Below, piece after piece: positions 11,059-21,179 of a DNA stretch of 64,000 nucleotides. Source of the stretch: Isoptericola halotolerans. Its GTDB lineage: Bacteria > Actinomycetota > Actinomycetes > Actinomycetales > Cellulomonadaceae. The stretch lies in contig NZ_JABEZU010000001.1 in assembly GCF_013149785.1 (NCBI RefSeq), positions 1,116,001-1,180,000 on the forward strand, in the 5' to 3' direction. Below the pieces are notes generated by a model. It worked only from the letters and a program-made list of their open reading frames with translations. It did no database searches and was not told where the DNA came from. Within the stretch, counting starts at the first letter, position 1. Each line of letters starts with the position of its first letter. The position numbers were made by a program, and so were the translations under genes.

Positions 11059-13815
11059 GTGTTCCGGGGCGCGGCCCGCAGGGCGTGGGCGTACCGCGGC
11101 CTGCTGAGCCTGGTCGCCCTGCTCGTGGCCGTCGTCGCGGCCACGAGCGGGGTGCTCCTCGGTGCCGTCACCGGAGCGACGACGGACGCCACCCGGGAGG
11201 CGCTGTCACGGCCGGAGCCCGCGGGCCTGGTCGTGACCACCCGCGTCGCGCCGGACGCCCGGGCGCAGGACGTGCGTGTCCGGTCCGAGATCGAGGCCCT
11301 CTTCGCCGGTGCCCCGCTCGTGGTGGTCCGGTCCGAGACCCCGGACGGCACGGACACCCCGTTCGTGTCCTGGTCGCTGTCGCCTGACCTGGCCGCGCTG
11401 GCCCCCGCCGACACCGCGGGCCTCGCCGCCGGTGCACACCTTCGTGCCGTGCTGCGCGACGCGCCGGGCGTGGCCGTCCGCGGCGTCGTCGTCGAGGGCG
11501 ATCTCGCCGAGCGGGCGGCAGCGGTGGCGACCGCTCAGCGGTCCGCCGGGGCCGTCTCGACGGTGCCGCTGCTGCTGCTCGTCCTGGCGGCCGGGGTGGC
11601 ACTGGTCCAGGTCGCCCGCCTGCTGGCCGGTGCCCGGTCGAACGAGGTGGAGATCCTCGTGGCGCGAGGCGCGTCACCGCGCCGCCTGGCGGTGGGTGCC
11701 TTCGTCGAGGCCGGCGTCGTCGGGGTGGTCGCCGCCGGCGTGGGCGGTGCCGTGGCAGAGGTGGTGATCGCCGGACCGGGGGCGGCCGCCGTCGCGGTGG
11801 CCGCTGGGCTGACGGCGGTCGGCGCGGTGGTCGTCCTGACCCTGGTCGCGACGCTCCAGGCCCGGGCGGTCGCCCGCCGGCAGGTCGCCGACCGGTCCGG
11901 GCGGCTGCGGCACGTCGCCGCGGTCGGGACGGTGCTGGTGGTGCTCGCGGTCGCGGTGGCCGGGATGCTGCGGTTGCGCTCGCCGGGTTCGCCCCTCGTC
12001 GTGACGGCGGGCGGTGCACGCACGGACCTGCTCGCGGCCGTGGCGCCGGGCGTGGCGCTCATGGCGCTCGGCCTGGTGGTGGTCGCTCTCCTCGGTCCGG
12101 TGTCCCGGGCCGGTGCGGCGGTGGCCGCCCGGCGACCGGGCTCGACCGTCGTCCTGGCCGCCCGACAGGTGGCGCGCCGGCTGCGCGTGGTCGCGGTGGG
12201 GGTGGTGCTGCTGGTGCTCGCCGCGGGCTCCGCGGTGCTGGCCGGTGCCTTCGTCGGCACGTCGGAGCAGGCTCGTGCCGCGGTGCTCACCCAGCAGGCC
12301 GGCTCGGACGTGCGGGTGACGGTCCCCGGCGGACGTCTGACCCCGTCCGCACCGCCGCCACGGGCCGAGGCCTTCGAGGCGCTGGACGGTGTCGCGGCCG
12401 CTGTCCCGGTGCTGGTGGCCGACGCGACGGTCCAGGGGGAACCGGTCGGGCTCACCGCGCTTCCCGCGCACCGGGCGACGGCGGTGGTTCGCTCGCCCGA
12501 CCACCAGGGAGCCGCTGCGTCGTGGCAGCACGACGACCCGTTCGCCGCGGCCCCCACCCTGCCGGAGGGGAGCTCCGAGCTGGTCCTGGCCCTGGAGGGC
12601 GTGGTCTCGAGCGGGACGCTCGAGGTCCAGGTCTCCGTCTGGCTCGCGGGCGACGACGGCACCGTGGCCGTCGTGGAGGCCGGCGCCGCGCAGCTCACCG
12701 AGGGCACGAGCGCCACGACCGTGACCGTCCCGCTCGGTGCGGGCACGCCGCCCGCCGCCCGGCTCGCCGCGGTGGACCTGGTGCTCGACGGCGCGCCCCA
12801 CCCGCGTGACGTGTCCCTCGCCGCAGCGTCGGTCACGGCGACCACTCCCGACGGCACGGTGCCGGTGGACGTCGCCGGCGCGGTCTGGGCGACGGCGTCG
12901 GAGGCCGGTACGGCCGGCATCGTCGGCCGGGAGGACGGGACCCTCGGGCTCGATGCCGCGCTCGACGCCCCGGAGCGGTCGTCGCTGCGACTCGTGGCGA
13001 CCGGTGCCGAGGGTGCTGGTGCCGTCGACGCCGTCGCGGCGGTCGTCAGCGACGCCGTCGTCGAACGCTGGGACCTGACGCTCGGGGACACGTTCCGGGC
13101 CACGACGGGCGGGGCCGGGGTGACGTTGCGGGTCGCGGACGTCGTGCCGGTCGTGCCGGGCCAGGAGTCCGCCCGCTCGGTGCTCGTCGATCTCGCCGCG
13201 CTCGACGCCGCGCTGCTGCGCACCACCGCCCATCTCCCGCGGCCGGGCGAGGTGTGGGTCGCGGTGACCGACCCCGACGACGGCGGCGCGGTGGCCAGGA
13301 CCGCCACGGACGCCCGGGCCGTGGCGCAGGAACAGGCGCCCCTGGCCCAGGACGTCGAGGTCCGCACCGCCGTCGGCGACGGCCCCGACCTGGCCGCCCC
13401 CGTGCGCGAGGCCTTCGTCCTCGCCGCCGCGGGAGCGGTGGCGCTCGCGATGGTCGGCCTGGCCGTGGTGGCGGTGTCGGACCTGTCCGGTCGGCGCGCC
13501 GAGGTCGCCGTCCTGCGAGCCGCGGGCGTCGGCCCACGGTCGCAGGCGGCCGGACGCGCGCTGGAGTCCGGGGCGGTCGGTGCCGCCGCGCTGCTCGCGG
13601 GGTCCGGCGCCGGGTGGTCGGTCGCGGCCGTTGCCGTGCCCGGTCTGGTGGGGTCCGTGCTCGACGTCGCGCGCCCGGGGTTCACGGTCGACGTCGGTCT
13701 CGTGGTGGCGCTGGTCGGTGCCGCCGCCGCGGGGACGGCCGCCGTGGCCGCCGCCCTCACCTGGCGCGTCGCCGCCCAGGCGCGCGACACCGGCTACCGA
13801 CCGGAGGTGCGATGA
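11059..13815 (+). CDS. FtsX/MacB-like ABC permease
   Basis: 918 aa, two FtsX-type TM blocks (RSNEVEILVARGAS; RRAEVAVLRAAG) flanking a large extracytoplasmic domain (GSDVRV). Confidence 0.82.
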   Translation: MFRGAARRAWAYRGLLSLVALLVAVVAATSGVLLGAVTGATTDATREALSRPEPAGLVVTTRVAPDARAQDVRVRSEIEALFAGAPLVVVRSETPDGTDTPFVSWSLSPDLAALAPADTAGLAAGAHLRAVLRDAPGVAVRGVVVEGDLAERAAAVATAQRSAGAVSTVPLLLLVLAAGVALVQVARLLAGARSNEVEILVARGASPRRLAVGAFVEAGVVGVVAAGVGGAVAEVVIAGPGAAAVAVAAGLTAVGAVVVLTLVATLQARAVARRQVADRSGRLRHVAAVGTVLVVLAVAVAGMLRLRSPGSPLVVTAGGARTDLLAAVAPGVALMALGLVVVALLGPVSRAGAAVAARRPGSTVVLAARQVARRLRVVAVGVVLLVLAAGSAVLAGAFVGTSEQARAAVLTQQAGSDVRVTVPGGRLTPSAPPPRAEAFEALDGVAAAVPVLVADATVQGEPVGLTALPAHRATAVVRSPDHQGAAASWQHDDPFAAAPTLPEGSSELVLALEGVVSSGTLEVQVSVWLAGDDGTVAVVEAGAAQLTEGTSATTVTVPLGAGTPPAARLAAVDLVLDGAPHPRDVSLAAASVTATTPDGTVPVDVAGAVWATASEAGTAGIVGREDGTLGLDAALDAPERSSLRLVATGAEGAGAVDAVAAVVSDAVVERWDLTLGDTFRATTGGAGVTLRVADVVPVVPGQESARSVLVDLAALDAALLRTTAHLPRPGEVWVAVTDPDDGGAVARTATDARAVAQEQAPLAQDVEVRTAVGDGPDLAAPVREAFVLAAAGAVALAMVGLAVVAVSDLSGRRAEVAVLRAAGVGPRSQAAGRALESGAVGAAALLAGSGAGWSVAAVAVPGLVGSVLDVARPGFTVDVGLVVALVGAAAAGTAAVAAALTWRVAAQARDTGYRPEVR

Positions 13816-16565
13816 GCCTGCTGCTCCTGGTCCGCCGTCACCTCCTGGCATCCCCTGGTCCTGGGCTCGCCCTCGCCGCGGTAGCGATGCTGGCCGCGCT
13901 GGTCACCTCGACGGCGCCTCGCGCCGTCGCCGTGCTGCACGCCGACCAGCTGGTCCACGAGACCGCGCTGGCGTCCGCGGTCGCGACGGACGTGATCTCC
14001 GTGGGCCTCGCCGTGCCGGGGTACGGCGAGGGGTACGTCCCCTCGCAGGGGCCGACCCTCGACGCCTCCGGCGCGCCGCAGGTCCGCCCGCCGTCGCCGG
14101 ACCTGGCCGGCTACGTCGCGGGGTTGCGCGACCTGGCAGCGTCACAGCCCGAGCCGCTCGCCGAGGTGCTCGGTGAGCCGGACCTCGTGATCTCCGGCAC
14201 CCGGGTCGGCGTCGAGCGGGTGCCCGGCAACGACGTCGCGTCCCCGGGCATCGTGCTGCGCGGCGGTCCCACGGCACGTGACCACGTGGACCTCGTGACC
14301 GGCAGGTGGCCCGAGGCGACCCTGGTGCCCGTCGACCGGACCGCGATGCTGCCGGGGTCCGACGGCGTGCCCGACGTCGTGCCGGAGCCGTTGGAGGTGG
14401 CGATGTCCACGGCGTCCGCCGCCGAGCTCGGCTGGACCCTCGGCTCCGTGCACGCCACGGCCGACCAGCTCCTGCCACCGGTGGAGCTCGTGGGCCTCTG
14501 GGAGCCCCGGGACGCCGACGCCGACTACTGGGTGCACGCACCGCTGGCGGTCACGCCCGAGGTGGTGATGGACGCGAACGTCGGCAAGATCGTGACCGCC
14601 GCGGTGCTCGCCGACCCGGCCGTCGTCGGAGCCTGGACGAGCGCGCCGAGCACGCGCACGTGGTACCCCGTGGACACCCGCGCGGTGACCGCCGCCGAGG
14701 CGATGCCCCTGCTCGCCCAGCTCCGGGGCTTCACCGCCACGGTGTGGACCCCGGTCGAGGGCGACGCCGCGGTGCTCGAGCCCGCCTCGGGCCTGGTCGC
14801 GCTCCTGGAGCGCGTGCTCGGCCAGCGACAGGGAGTCGACGCCGTCGTGGCGGTGCTCGCCGTCGGCCCTCTCGGTGCCCTCGTCGCCGTCCTGCTGCTG
14901 GCGGCCCGGCTGCTGGTCGACCGGCGCCGGGACGCGCTGGTCCTGGTGCGGGCGCGCGGCGCCTCGGGTGCCCAGGTGCGGGCGGTCGTGGCGCTGGAGG
15001 GCCTGGTGGTCGGCCTCCCTGCCACTGCAGCAGGCCTTGCCGCGGGCCTGCTCGTCGTCCCGGCGCCGCTGACGGCAGGGCAGGTCGGGGTCGCGCTGGC
15101 CTGCGGCCTGGGCCCGGCGGTCGCGGCGGGTGCGGCCGCGGGGCCTGGCGGGCTGCGGGCGCGACGGAGGGACCTCGACGGCGCCCCGGGGCGGTACCGG
15201 CGGCGTCGGCTGACGGCAGAGGTCGCGGTCGTCGGGGCCGCAGCGGGCACCACGGCGCTGGCGCTCGCCCGCGGCGTGCTGAGCCTCCCGGGGGCAGGCC
15301 CGGCGGTCGACCCCCTGGTCGTCGCCGCGCCGCTGCTGCTGAGCGTGGCCGCCGCCCTCGTGGCGCTGCGTCTCGTGCCTCCGGTGGTCCGCGTCGCCGA
15401 GCGCGTGCTGGCCCGGCGTCCCGGCCTGGTGCCGTTCCTCGGTGCGGCGCGCGTGCGACGGGACGCCGCCGGAGGACTGGTGCCCGCGCTCGCTCTGGTG
15501 CTGTCGGTGGGCGTCGCCGCCTCGTCCCTCGTGCTGGCCGCCACGGTGCGAGACGGCGTCGTGCGCGAGGCATGGGGGTCGGTCGGTGCCGACCTGCGGG
15601 TGGCCGGCCCGCTCCTCGACGACGAGGCGGTCGAGGCGCTGCGGGCGGTGTCGGGGGTGACGGGGGTCGTCCCGGTGACGGACCTGGGCCGCCACCAGCT
15701 CCGCTCGGGGTCCGAGACGGTGACCGTCACGGTCTACGCGACCGACGCCGCGGCGCTCGCGGCGGTGCAGGCGGGCGCGCCCGGGGCACCGGCACGCACC
15801 GCGGACCTGACCGTGCCCGCGGGAGGCGCGCTGCCCGCCGTGGCGGCGGGCGGTCTCAGCGGTGCATGGACCACGGCCGGGGGGCCGGTGACGGTCGTGG
15901 AGGACGTGGACGAGCTGCCCGGCCTGCCGCCGTCGTCCGCGGCCCTGCTGGTCGACGCCGACCTCGCCGCCGGATGGTTCGCCGCGGCAGGCTCGCCCCG
16001 CCTCGCGCTGCTCGGGTTGGACGACGGTGCCACCGCGAGCGACCGGGCCCGCGCGGAGCGCGAGATCGCCGCGTCGCTGCCCACCGCCGTCGTCGACGAC
16101 CCGTCCGCGGGGGAGGAGGCGCTGCTGGCCTCGCCCTCGGCATCGGGTCTTGCCACGGCGTTCGCCGTCGCCGTCGCCCTGTCGGCGGTGCTGAGCGCCG
16201 CGACCGTGGCGCTGGCACTCGTGCTCGCGGGGCCGGCTCGACGCCGGGTCCTGGTCGTGCTGCGCACCCTGGGGCTGCCGCAGGGCGCGGAGCGAGGGAT
16301 CGTGGCCTGGGAGACGGTGCCGTGGACGGTCGCCGCGCTGCTGGCCGGAGCCGTGATCGGCGGGGTGGTGCCCGTCCTCGTCCTCGCCGCGGTCGACCTC
16401 TCGCCCCTGACCGGGGGCCACGAACCGCCACCCCTGGCCTTCGACGCGGGCTGGCTCGCTCTTCTGGCGGCCGGTCTCCTGGCCGTGGTCGCGATCGGGA
16501 CGCTGGTGGCCGGAGCCGTGGGCCGCCGCCACGACGGCGTCCACCTGCGGACGGCGACCGACTGA
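13812..16565 (+). CDS. FtsX/MacB-like ABC permease
   Basis: ATGA overlap; RRDALVLVRARGAS, VGADLRV and VLRTLG motifs; same architecture as the upstream permease. Confidence 0.82.
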   Translation: MSLLLLVRRHLLASPGPGLALAAVAMLAALVTSTAPRAVAVLHADQLVHETALASAVATDVISVGLAVPGYGEGYVPSQGPTLDASGAPQVRPPSPDLAGYVAGLRDLAASQPEPLAEVLGEPDLVISGTRVGVERVPGNDVASPGIVLRGGPTARDHVDLVTGRWPEATLVPVDRTAMLPGSDGVPDVVPEPLEVAMSTASAAELGWTLGSVHATADQLLPPVELVGLWEPRDADADYWVHAPLAVTPEVVMDANVGKIVTAAVLADPAVVGAWTSAPSTRTWYPVDTRAVTAAEAMPLLAQLRGFTATVWTPVEGDAAVLEPASGLVALLERVLGQRQGVDAVVAVLAVGPLGALVAVLLLAARLLVDRRRDALVLVRARGASGAQVRAVVALEGLVVGLPATAAGLAAGLLVVPAPLTAGQVGVALACGLGPAVAAGAAAGPGGLRARRRDLDGAPGRYRRRRLTAEVAVVGAAAGTTALALARGVLSLPGAGPAVDPLVVAAPLLLSVAAALVALRLVPPVVRVAERVLARRPGLVPFLGAARVRRDAAGGLVPALALVLSVGVAASSLVLAATVRDGVVREAWGSVGADLRVAGPLLDDEAVEALRAVSGVTGVVPVTDLGRHQLRSGSETVTVTVYATDAAALAAVQAGAPGAPARTADLTVPAGGALPAVAAGGLSGAWTTAGGPVTVVEDVDELPGLPPSSAALLVDADLAAGWFAAAGSPRLALLGLDDGATASDRARAEREIAASLPTAVVDDPSAGEEALLASPSASGLATAFAVAVALSAVLSAATVALALVLAGPARRRVLVVLRTLGLPQGAERGIVAWETVPWTVAALLAGAVIGGVVPVLVLAAVDLSPLTGGHEPPPLAFDAGWLALLAAGLLAVVAIGTLVAGAVGRRHDGVHLRTATD

Positions 16566-16585
16566 ACGATGGGAAGGAACCTGTG

Positions 16586-17467
16586 ATGAGCGAGATCCTG
16601 TGCCGCGGCCTGGTGCGCATCTACGCCACCGACGGCGTGGAGGTCCAGGCGTTGCAGGGCCTGGACCTGCGTCTCGAGGCGGGCGAGCTGGTCGCGGTCG
16701 TGGGTGCCTCCGGTTCCGGCAAGTCCACGCTCCTGGGCATCCTGTCCGGGCTCGACACGCCCACCGGCGGGTCGGCGGTGGTCGCGGGCACGGACCTGCT
16801 GACGATGTCCGGTCGGGACCGTGTCCGCTACCAGCGACACGCCGTGGGGTTCGTCTGGCAGCAGACGTCGCGCAACCTGCTTCCGTATCTGACGGCGGCG
16901 CAGAACGTCCGGCTCGTGCTGGACCTGGGGTGGTCGCCACGGAGGGCCCGGGCGGCCCGGGTCACCGAGATGCTCGACCTGCTGGGCGTCGCGGACCTCG
17001 CGGACCGGCGTCCGGCCGAGATGTCCGGGGGGCAGCAGCAGCGCGTGGCGATCGCCGTCGCGGTGGCGAACCGGCCGCGGGTGCTGCTCGCGGACGAGCC
17101 GACCGGCGAGCTGGACGAGGCCACCAGCGTCGAGGTGCTGGAGGCACTGCGTTCCGTGAACGAGGCCACCGGGGTGACGACGTTGATCGTCACCCACGAC
17201 CCGTCGGTCTCGGAGCACGTGGCCCGGACGGTGCAGATCCGCGACGGCCGCACCTCCACCGAGGTGCTGCGCCGCACCGAGACCGACGAGCAGGGCGTCG
17301 AGCGGCACGTGGCCGAGGAGTTCGCCGTGCTGGACCGGGTGGGTCGCCTGCAGCTGCCGACCGACTTCGTGGCCGCGCTCGACCTGCGCGAACGCGTGCG
17401 GCTGGCGCTGGAGCCCGACCACGTGCAGGTCCGGCCGGACCTGGCGCAGAAGGACGAGGACCGATGA
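16586..17467 (+). CDS. LolD/MacB-type ABC ATPase with C-terminal AbrB-like extension
   Basis: GASGSGKS, MSGGQQQR, LLADEPTGELD, VTHD; tail VLDRVGRLQLP. Confidence 0.93.
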   Translation: MSEILCRGLVRIYATDGVEVQALQGLDLRLEAGELVAVVGASGSGKSTLLGILSGLDTPTGGSAVVAGTDLLTMSGRDRVRYQRHAVGFVWQQTSRNLLPYLTAAQNVRLVLDLGWSPRRARAARVTEMLDLLGVADLADRRPAEMSGGQQQRVAIAVAVANRPRVLLADEPTGELDEATSVEVLEALRSVNEATGVTTLIVTHDPSVSEHVARTVQIRDGRTSTEVLRRTETDEQGVERHVAEEFAVLDRVGRLQLPTDFVAALDLRERVRLALEPDHVQVRPDLAQKDEDR

Positions 17468-18177
17468 CGGCACCAGGCGGGACGACGACCGCGCTCACGG
17501 CGCAGGACGTGAGCCGCACCTTCGGCACCGGCGCCGCGAAGGTGCACGCCCTGCGCGCGGTGAGCCTGAGCGTCGAGGCGGGAGAGCTGCTCGTCGTGCG
17601 AGGGCCGTCCGGCTCGGGCAAGACGACGCTGCTCAACGTGCTGGGCGGGCTGGACACGCCGTCGTCGGGCCGGGTGTGGCTGGGGGAGCGGGAGCTCACC
17701 GCGATGCGACCGGACGAGGTGCTCGCGGTGCGACGCGACGAGATCGGCTACGTCTTCCAGGCCTTCGGGCTGCTCCCGGTGCTGTCCGCGGCGGAGAACG
17801 TCGAGGTGCCGCTGCGGCTGAGACGGACTCCCGGGCCGGAGCGGGCGCGCCGGGTGGCGTCCGCCCTGGAGCGGGTCGGTCTGGCCGACCACGCGCGGCA
17901 GCGACCGTACGAGCTCTCGGGCGGGCAGCAGCAGCGGGTCGGCATCGCGAGAGCCCTGGTCGCGGCACCGCGGGTGCTGCTCGCCGACGAACCCACGGGC
18001 CAGCTCGACTCCGCGACGGCTCGTCGGGTGATGGACCTGCTGCGCGAGGTGGTGCACACGCAGGGCGCCGCGGCCGTCGTGACGACCCACGATCCGGAGC
18101 TGGTGGCGCGCGCGGACCGCGTCGTCGACCTGCACGACGGTGCCCTGGCGAGCACGGCCGGCGCGCGCCGGTCGTGA
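17464..18177 (+). CDS. LolD/MacB-type ABC ATPase
   Basis: GPSGSGKT, LSGGQQQR, LLADEPTGQLD, TTHD; ATGA overlap. Confidence 0.93.
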   Translation: MTAPGGTTTALTAQDVSRTFGTGAAKVHALRAVSLSVEAGELLVVRGPSGSGKTTLLNVLGGLDTPSSGRVWLGERELTAMRPDEVLAVRRDEIGYVFQAFGLLPVLSAAENVEVPLRLRRTPGPERARRVASALERVGLADHARQRPYELSGGQQQRVGIARALVAAPRVLLADEPTGQLDSATARRVMDLLREVVHTQGAAAVVTTHDPELVARADRVVDLHDGALASTAGARRS

Positions 18178-18402
18178 CGGACGCCACAGGTGGCGCACCG
18201 GAACGCGCTTGCCCTGGCCCTGGGGTTTCGTGCGCGTTCCGATCGGGTCACGATCAGGGCAGCGGGCGCAGAAGGGTGACCCGGGACACGATCGAGGGGT
18301 TAGGCTCCTTACCGCATCGTGCCACGTGCGCCCATCCGCGCACGGGTACCACCGCCACCGGACATCCATGCCGGGGGCGTGCACACCTACTCAGGAGGAC
18401 AC

Positions 18403-20022
18403 GTGACACCTCGACGACGTCTAGCAGGCATCGGGGCCTTCACCCTGGCTTCGGCGCTGCTGCTCACTGCGTGCGGAGACTCGGGCTCCGACGACGGCGA
18501 CTCGACCGCTGACGGCGACGGCGCCAGCACCGGCATCGTCTCCGTGAACAGCGGCGAGCCCCAGAACCCGCTGACCCCCGGCATGACCAACGAGGTCTTC
18601 GGTGGCCTCGTGGTCAAGAACATCTACTCCGGCCTCGTCTACTACGACGCCGACGGCGCCGCGCAGAACGAGATGGCCGAGTCGATCGAGACCGACGACA
18701 ACGTCACCTGGACGATCACGATCCAGGACGACTGGACCTTCTCCGACGGCACGCCGGTCACCGCCAGCAGCTTCGTCGACGCGTGGCAGTTCGTCGCGAA
18801 CGTGGACAACGCCCAGAACCAGCAGTACTTCTTCAACGGCTTCGCGGGCTTCTCGTCGGAGGAGGGTTCGGACATCGCGGTCGAGGTCGTCGACGAGACG
18901 ACCTTCACGGCGGAGCTCGCCGAGCCCTCGGCCGACTTCCCGCTCTGGCTCGGCTACACGGCCTTCTTCCCGATGCCCGAGGCCTTCTTCGAGGACCCGG
19001 ACTCGTTCGGTCAGTCGCCGATCGGCTCCGGCCCCTACGAGCTGGAGAGCTGGGAGAACGACAGCCGCATCTCGCTCATCCCGCGCGAGGGCTACTCCGG
19101 CCCGCGCCAGCCCGCCAACGGCGGCGTCGAGATGATCGCGTACACCGAGGAGGACACGGCGTACAACGACATGCTCGACGGGAACCTCGACGTGCTGCCG
19201 AACGTGCCGTCCTCGGCCTTCGGTACCTTCGAGGACGAGCTCGGCGAGCGGGCGGTGAACCAGCCCGCGGCCCTCACGCAGGTGGTCAACGTGCCCGAGT
19301 GGCTCGAGGAGTTCCAGGGCGAGGCCGGCGTGATGCGGCGTCAGGCGATCTCCATGGCGATCGACCGCGAGACCATCACCGAGACGCTCTACAACGGCTC
19401 GCGCACCCCGGCGCACGACTTCACCTCGCCGGTTATCGACGGCTACTCGGAAGACATCCCCGGCTCGGAGATCACTGAGTACGACCCGGAGACGGCGAAG
19501 GAGCTGTGGGACGAGGCCGAGAGCATGGACCCGATCGGGGACTACACGCTCAACATCGCGTCGAACGCCGACTCCGACCACCAGGACTGGATCGACGCGG
19601 CCTGCAACACCATCCGCCAGGACCTGGGGATCGGGTGCGAGTTCGCGCCGTACACCACGTTCGACGAGTTCCTCAACGCCCGTGACTCGGGCGAGGTCGA
19701 GGGCATCTTCCGTGGTGGCTGGCAGGCCGACTGGCCCTCGATGAGCAACTTCCTGGGCCCGATCTACGGCACCGGTGCCGGCTCGAACGACGCGCTGTAC
19801 TCGAACGAGGAGTTCGACGCCAAGCTGGCCGAGGCTGGCTCGGCCCCGGACACGGAGACGGCCACCGAGCTCTACAAGGAGGCTCAGGAGATCCTGTTCC
19901 AGGACGTCCCGGGCATCCCGCTGTGGTACCAGAACGCGACCGGCGGCTACGCCGACACGGTCGACAACGTCGTCTTCGGCTGGGACAGCGACCCGATCCT
20001 GTACCAGATCACCAAGGACTGA
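18403..20022 (+). CDS. Oligopeptide ABC substrate-binding lipoprotein (OppA/DppA-like)
   Basis: AGGAGG RBS, lipobox LLTAC, FSDGTPVTA, PIGSGPY, RGGWQADWP. Confidence 0.93.
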   Translation: MTPRRRLAGIGAFTLASALLLTACGDSGSDDGDSTADGDGASTGIVSVNSGEPQNPLTPGMTNEVFGGLVVKNIYSGLVYYDADGAAQNEMAESIETDDNVTWTITIQDDWTFSDGTPVTASSFVDAWQFVANVDNAQNQQYFFNGFAGFSSEEGSDIAVEVVDETTFTAELAEPSADFPLWLGYTAFFPMPEAFFEDPDSFGQSPIGSGPYELESWENDSRISLIPREGYSGPRQPANGGVEMIAYTEEDTAYNDMLDGNLDVLPNVPSSAFGTFEDELGERAVNQPAALTQVVNVPEWLEEFQGEAGVMRRQAISMAIDRETITETLYNGSRTPAHDFTSPVIDGYSEDIPGSEITEYDPETAKELWDEAESMDPIGDYTLNIASNADSDHQDWIDAACNTIRQDLGIGCEFAPYTTFDEFLNARDSGEVEGIFRGGWQADWPSMSNFLGPIYGTGAGSNDALYSNEEFDAKLAEAGSAPDTETATELYKEAQEILFQDVPGIPLWYQNATGGYADTVDNVVFGWDSDPILYQITKD

Positions 20023-20035
20023 CGCCCTGCTGACC

Positions 20036-20068
20036 GGACGCCGTCCCCGCGCCGCGGGGGCGGCGTCC
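20036..20068 (+). terminator. Stem-loop after oppA-like gene
   Basis: ggacgccgtccccgcg / cgcgggggcggcgtcc inverted repeat. Confidence 0.65.
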
Positions 20069-20252
20069 TGTCGCGAGAGTTCTGCGTGGTCGGCGTCGTC
20101 CGGTACGGTCTGACGTCGACCACTCGACGCGAGGAGCCCCGGCACGTCCACCGACGCGACTCGGCTCACCGCTGCTCGCGGCCGTGGCGCCGCGACGAGA
20201 CGAAACCCGTAACCTGGGGTGAACCTCCAGGTACACGAGGAGAAAACTTCCC

Positions 20253-21179
20253 ATGCTCTGGTATCTCGGACGCAGGCTCCTGCAGGTGATCCCTGTGTTC
20301 CTGGGGGCTACCCTCCTGCTCTACGCCATGGTCTTCCTGCGACCCGGCGACCCGGTGGCCGCACTCGGTGGTGAACGTGGTCTGCCCGAGTCGGTGCAGG
20401 AACAGATCCGCGCCGACTACAACCTCGACCAGCCGTTCATCGTGCAGTACCTGCTGTTCCTGCGCGGGGTGGTGACGCTCGACTTCGGGGTCGACTTCCG
20501 TGGTCGCGAGATCACCGAGGTCATCGCCAACGCCTTCCCGGTGACGATCCAGCTCGCGCTGATGGCGTTGGTCATCGAGGCGGTCTTCGGGATCGGCTTC
20601 GGTCTCTTCGCAGGCATGCGCAAGGGCGGGATCTTTGACGGCACGGCCCTGGTGATCAGCCTCCTCTTCATCGCGGTCCCGACGTTCGTGGTCGGCTTCG
20701 TCATGCAGATCGTCGTCGGTGTCCAGCTCGGCTGGCTGCCCGTCAGTGCCGGGCGTGATCCCGACTTCGTCAGTCTGCTCATGCCCGCGTTGGTGCTCGC
20801 GGCGGTCTCCTTCGCCTACGTGCTGCGCCTCACCCGCACCTCGGTAGCGGAGAACCTGTCGGCCGACTACGTGCGGACCGCGCGGGCGCGCGGCCTGAAC
20901 CGCTCCCAAGTGACGGGCCGCCACGTGCTGCGAAACTCGCTCATCCCCGTGGTGACGTTCCTCGGCGCGGACATCGGAGCGTTGATGTCCGGCGCGATCA
21001 TCACCGAGGGCATCTTCAACATCAACGGCGTGGGCGGCACGCTCTACGACGCGATCATCCGCGGCGAGAGCGTCACCGTCGTCTCGCTGACCACCGTGCT
21101 GGTGCTGGTCTACATCGGGGCGAACCTCCTGGTGGACCTGTTGTACGCCGCCCTCGACCCGAGGATCCGCTATGCCTGA
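20253..21179 (+). CDS. Oligopeptide ABC permease OppB-like
   Basis: YLGRRLLQ, PGDP, ADYVRTARARGL, LYAALDPRIRY. Confidence 0.94.
   Translation: MLWYLGRRLLQVIPVFLGATLLLYAMVFLRPGDPVAALGGERGLPESVQEQIRADYNLDQPFIVQYLLFLRGVVTLDFGVDFRGREITEVIANAFPVTIQLALMALVIEAVFGIGFGLFAGMRKGGIFDGTALVISLLFIAVPTFVVGFVMQIVVGVQLGWLPVSAGRDPDFVSLLMPALVLAAVSFAYVLRLTRTSVAENLSADYVRTARARGLNRSQVTGRHVLRNSLIPVVTFLGADIGALMSGAIITEGIFNINGVGGTLYDAIIRGESVTVVSLTTVLVLVYIGANLLVDLLYAALDPRIRYA

Noticed and set aside
13254..17467. Apparent giant ORFs 13254-16565 and 14306-17467
   Set aside because: Arg/Gly/Pro-rich out-of-frame extensions through upstream genes; real starts are at 13812 and 16586
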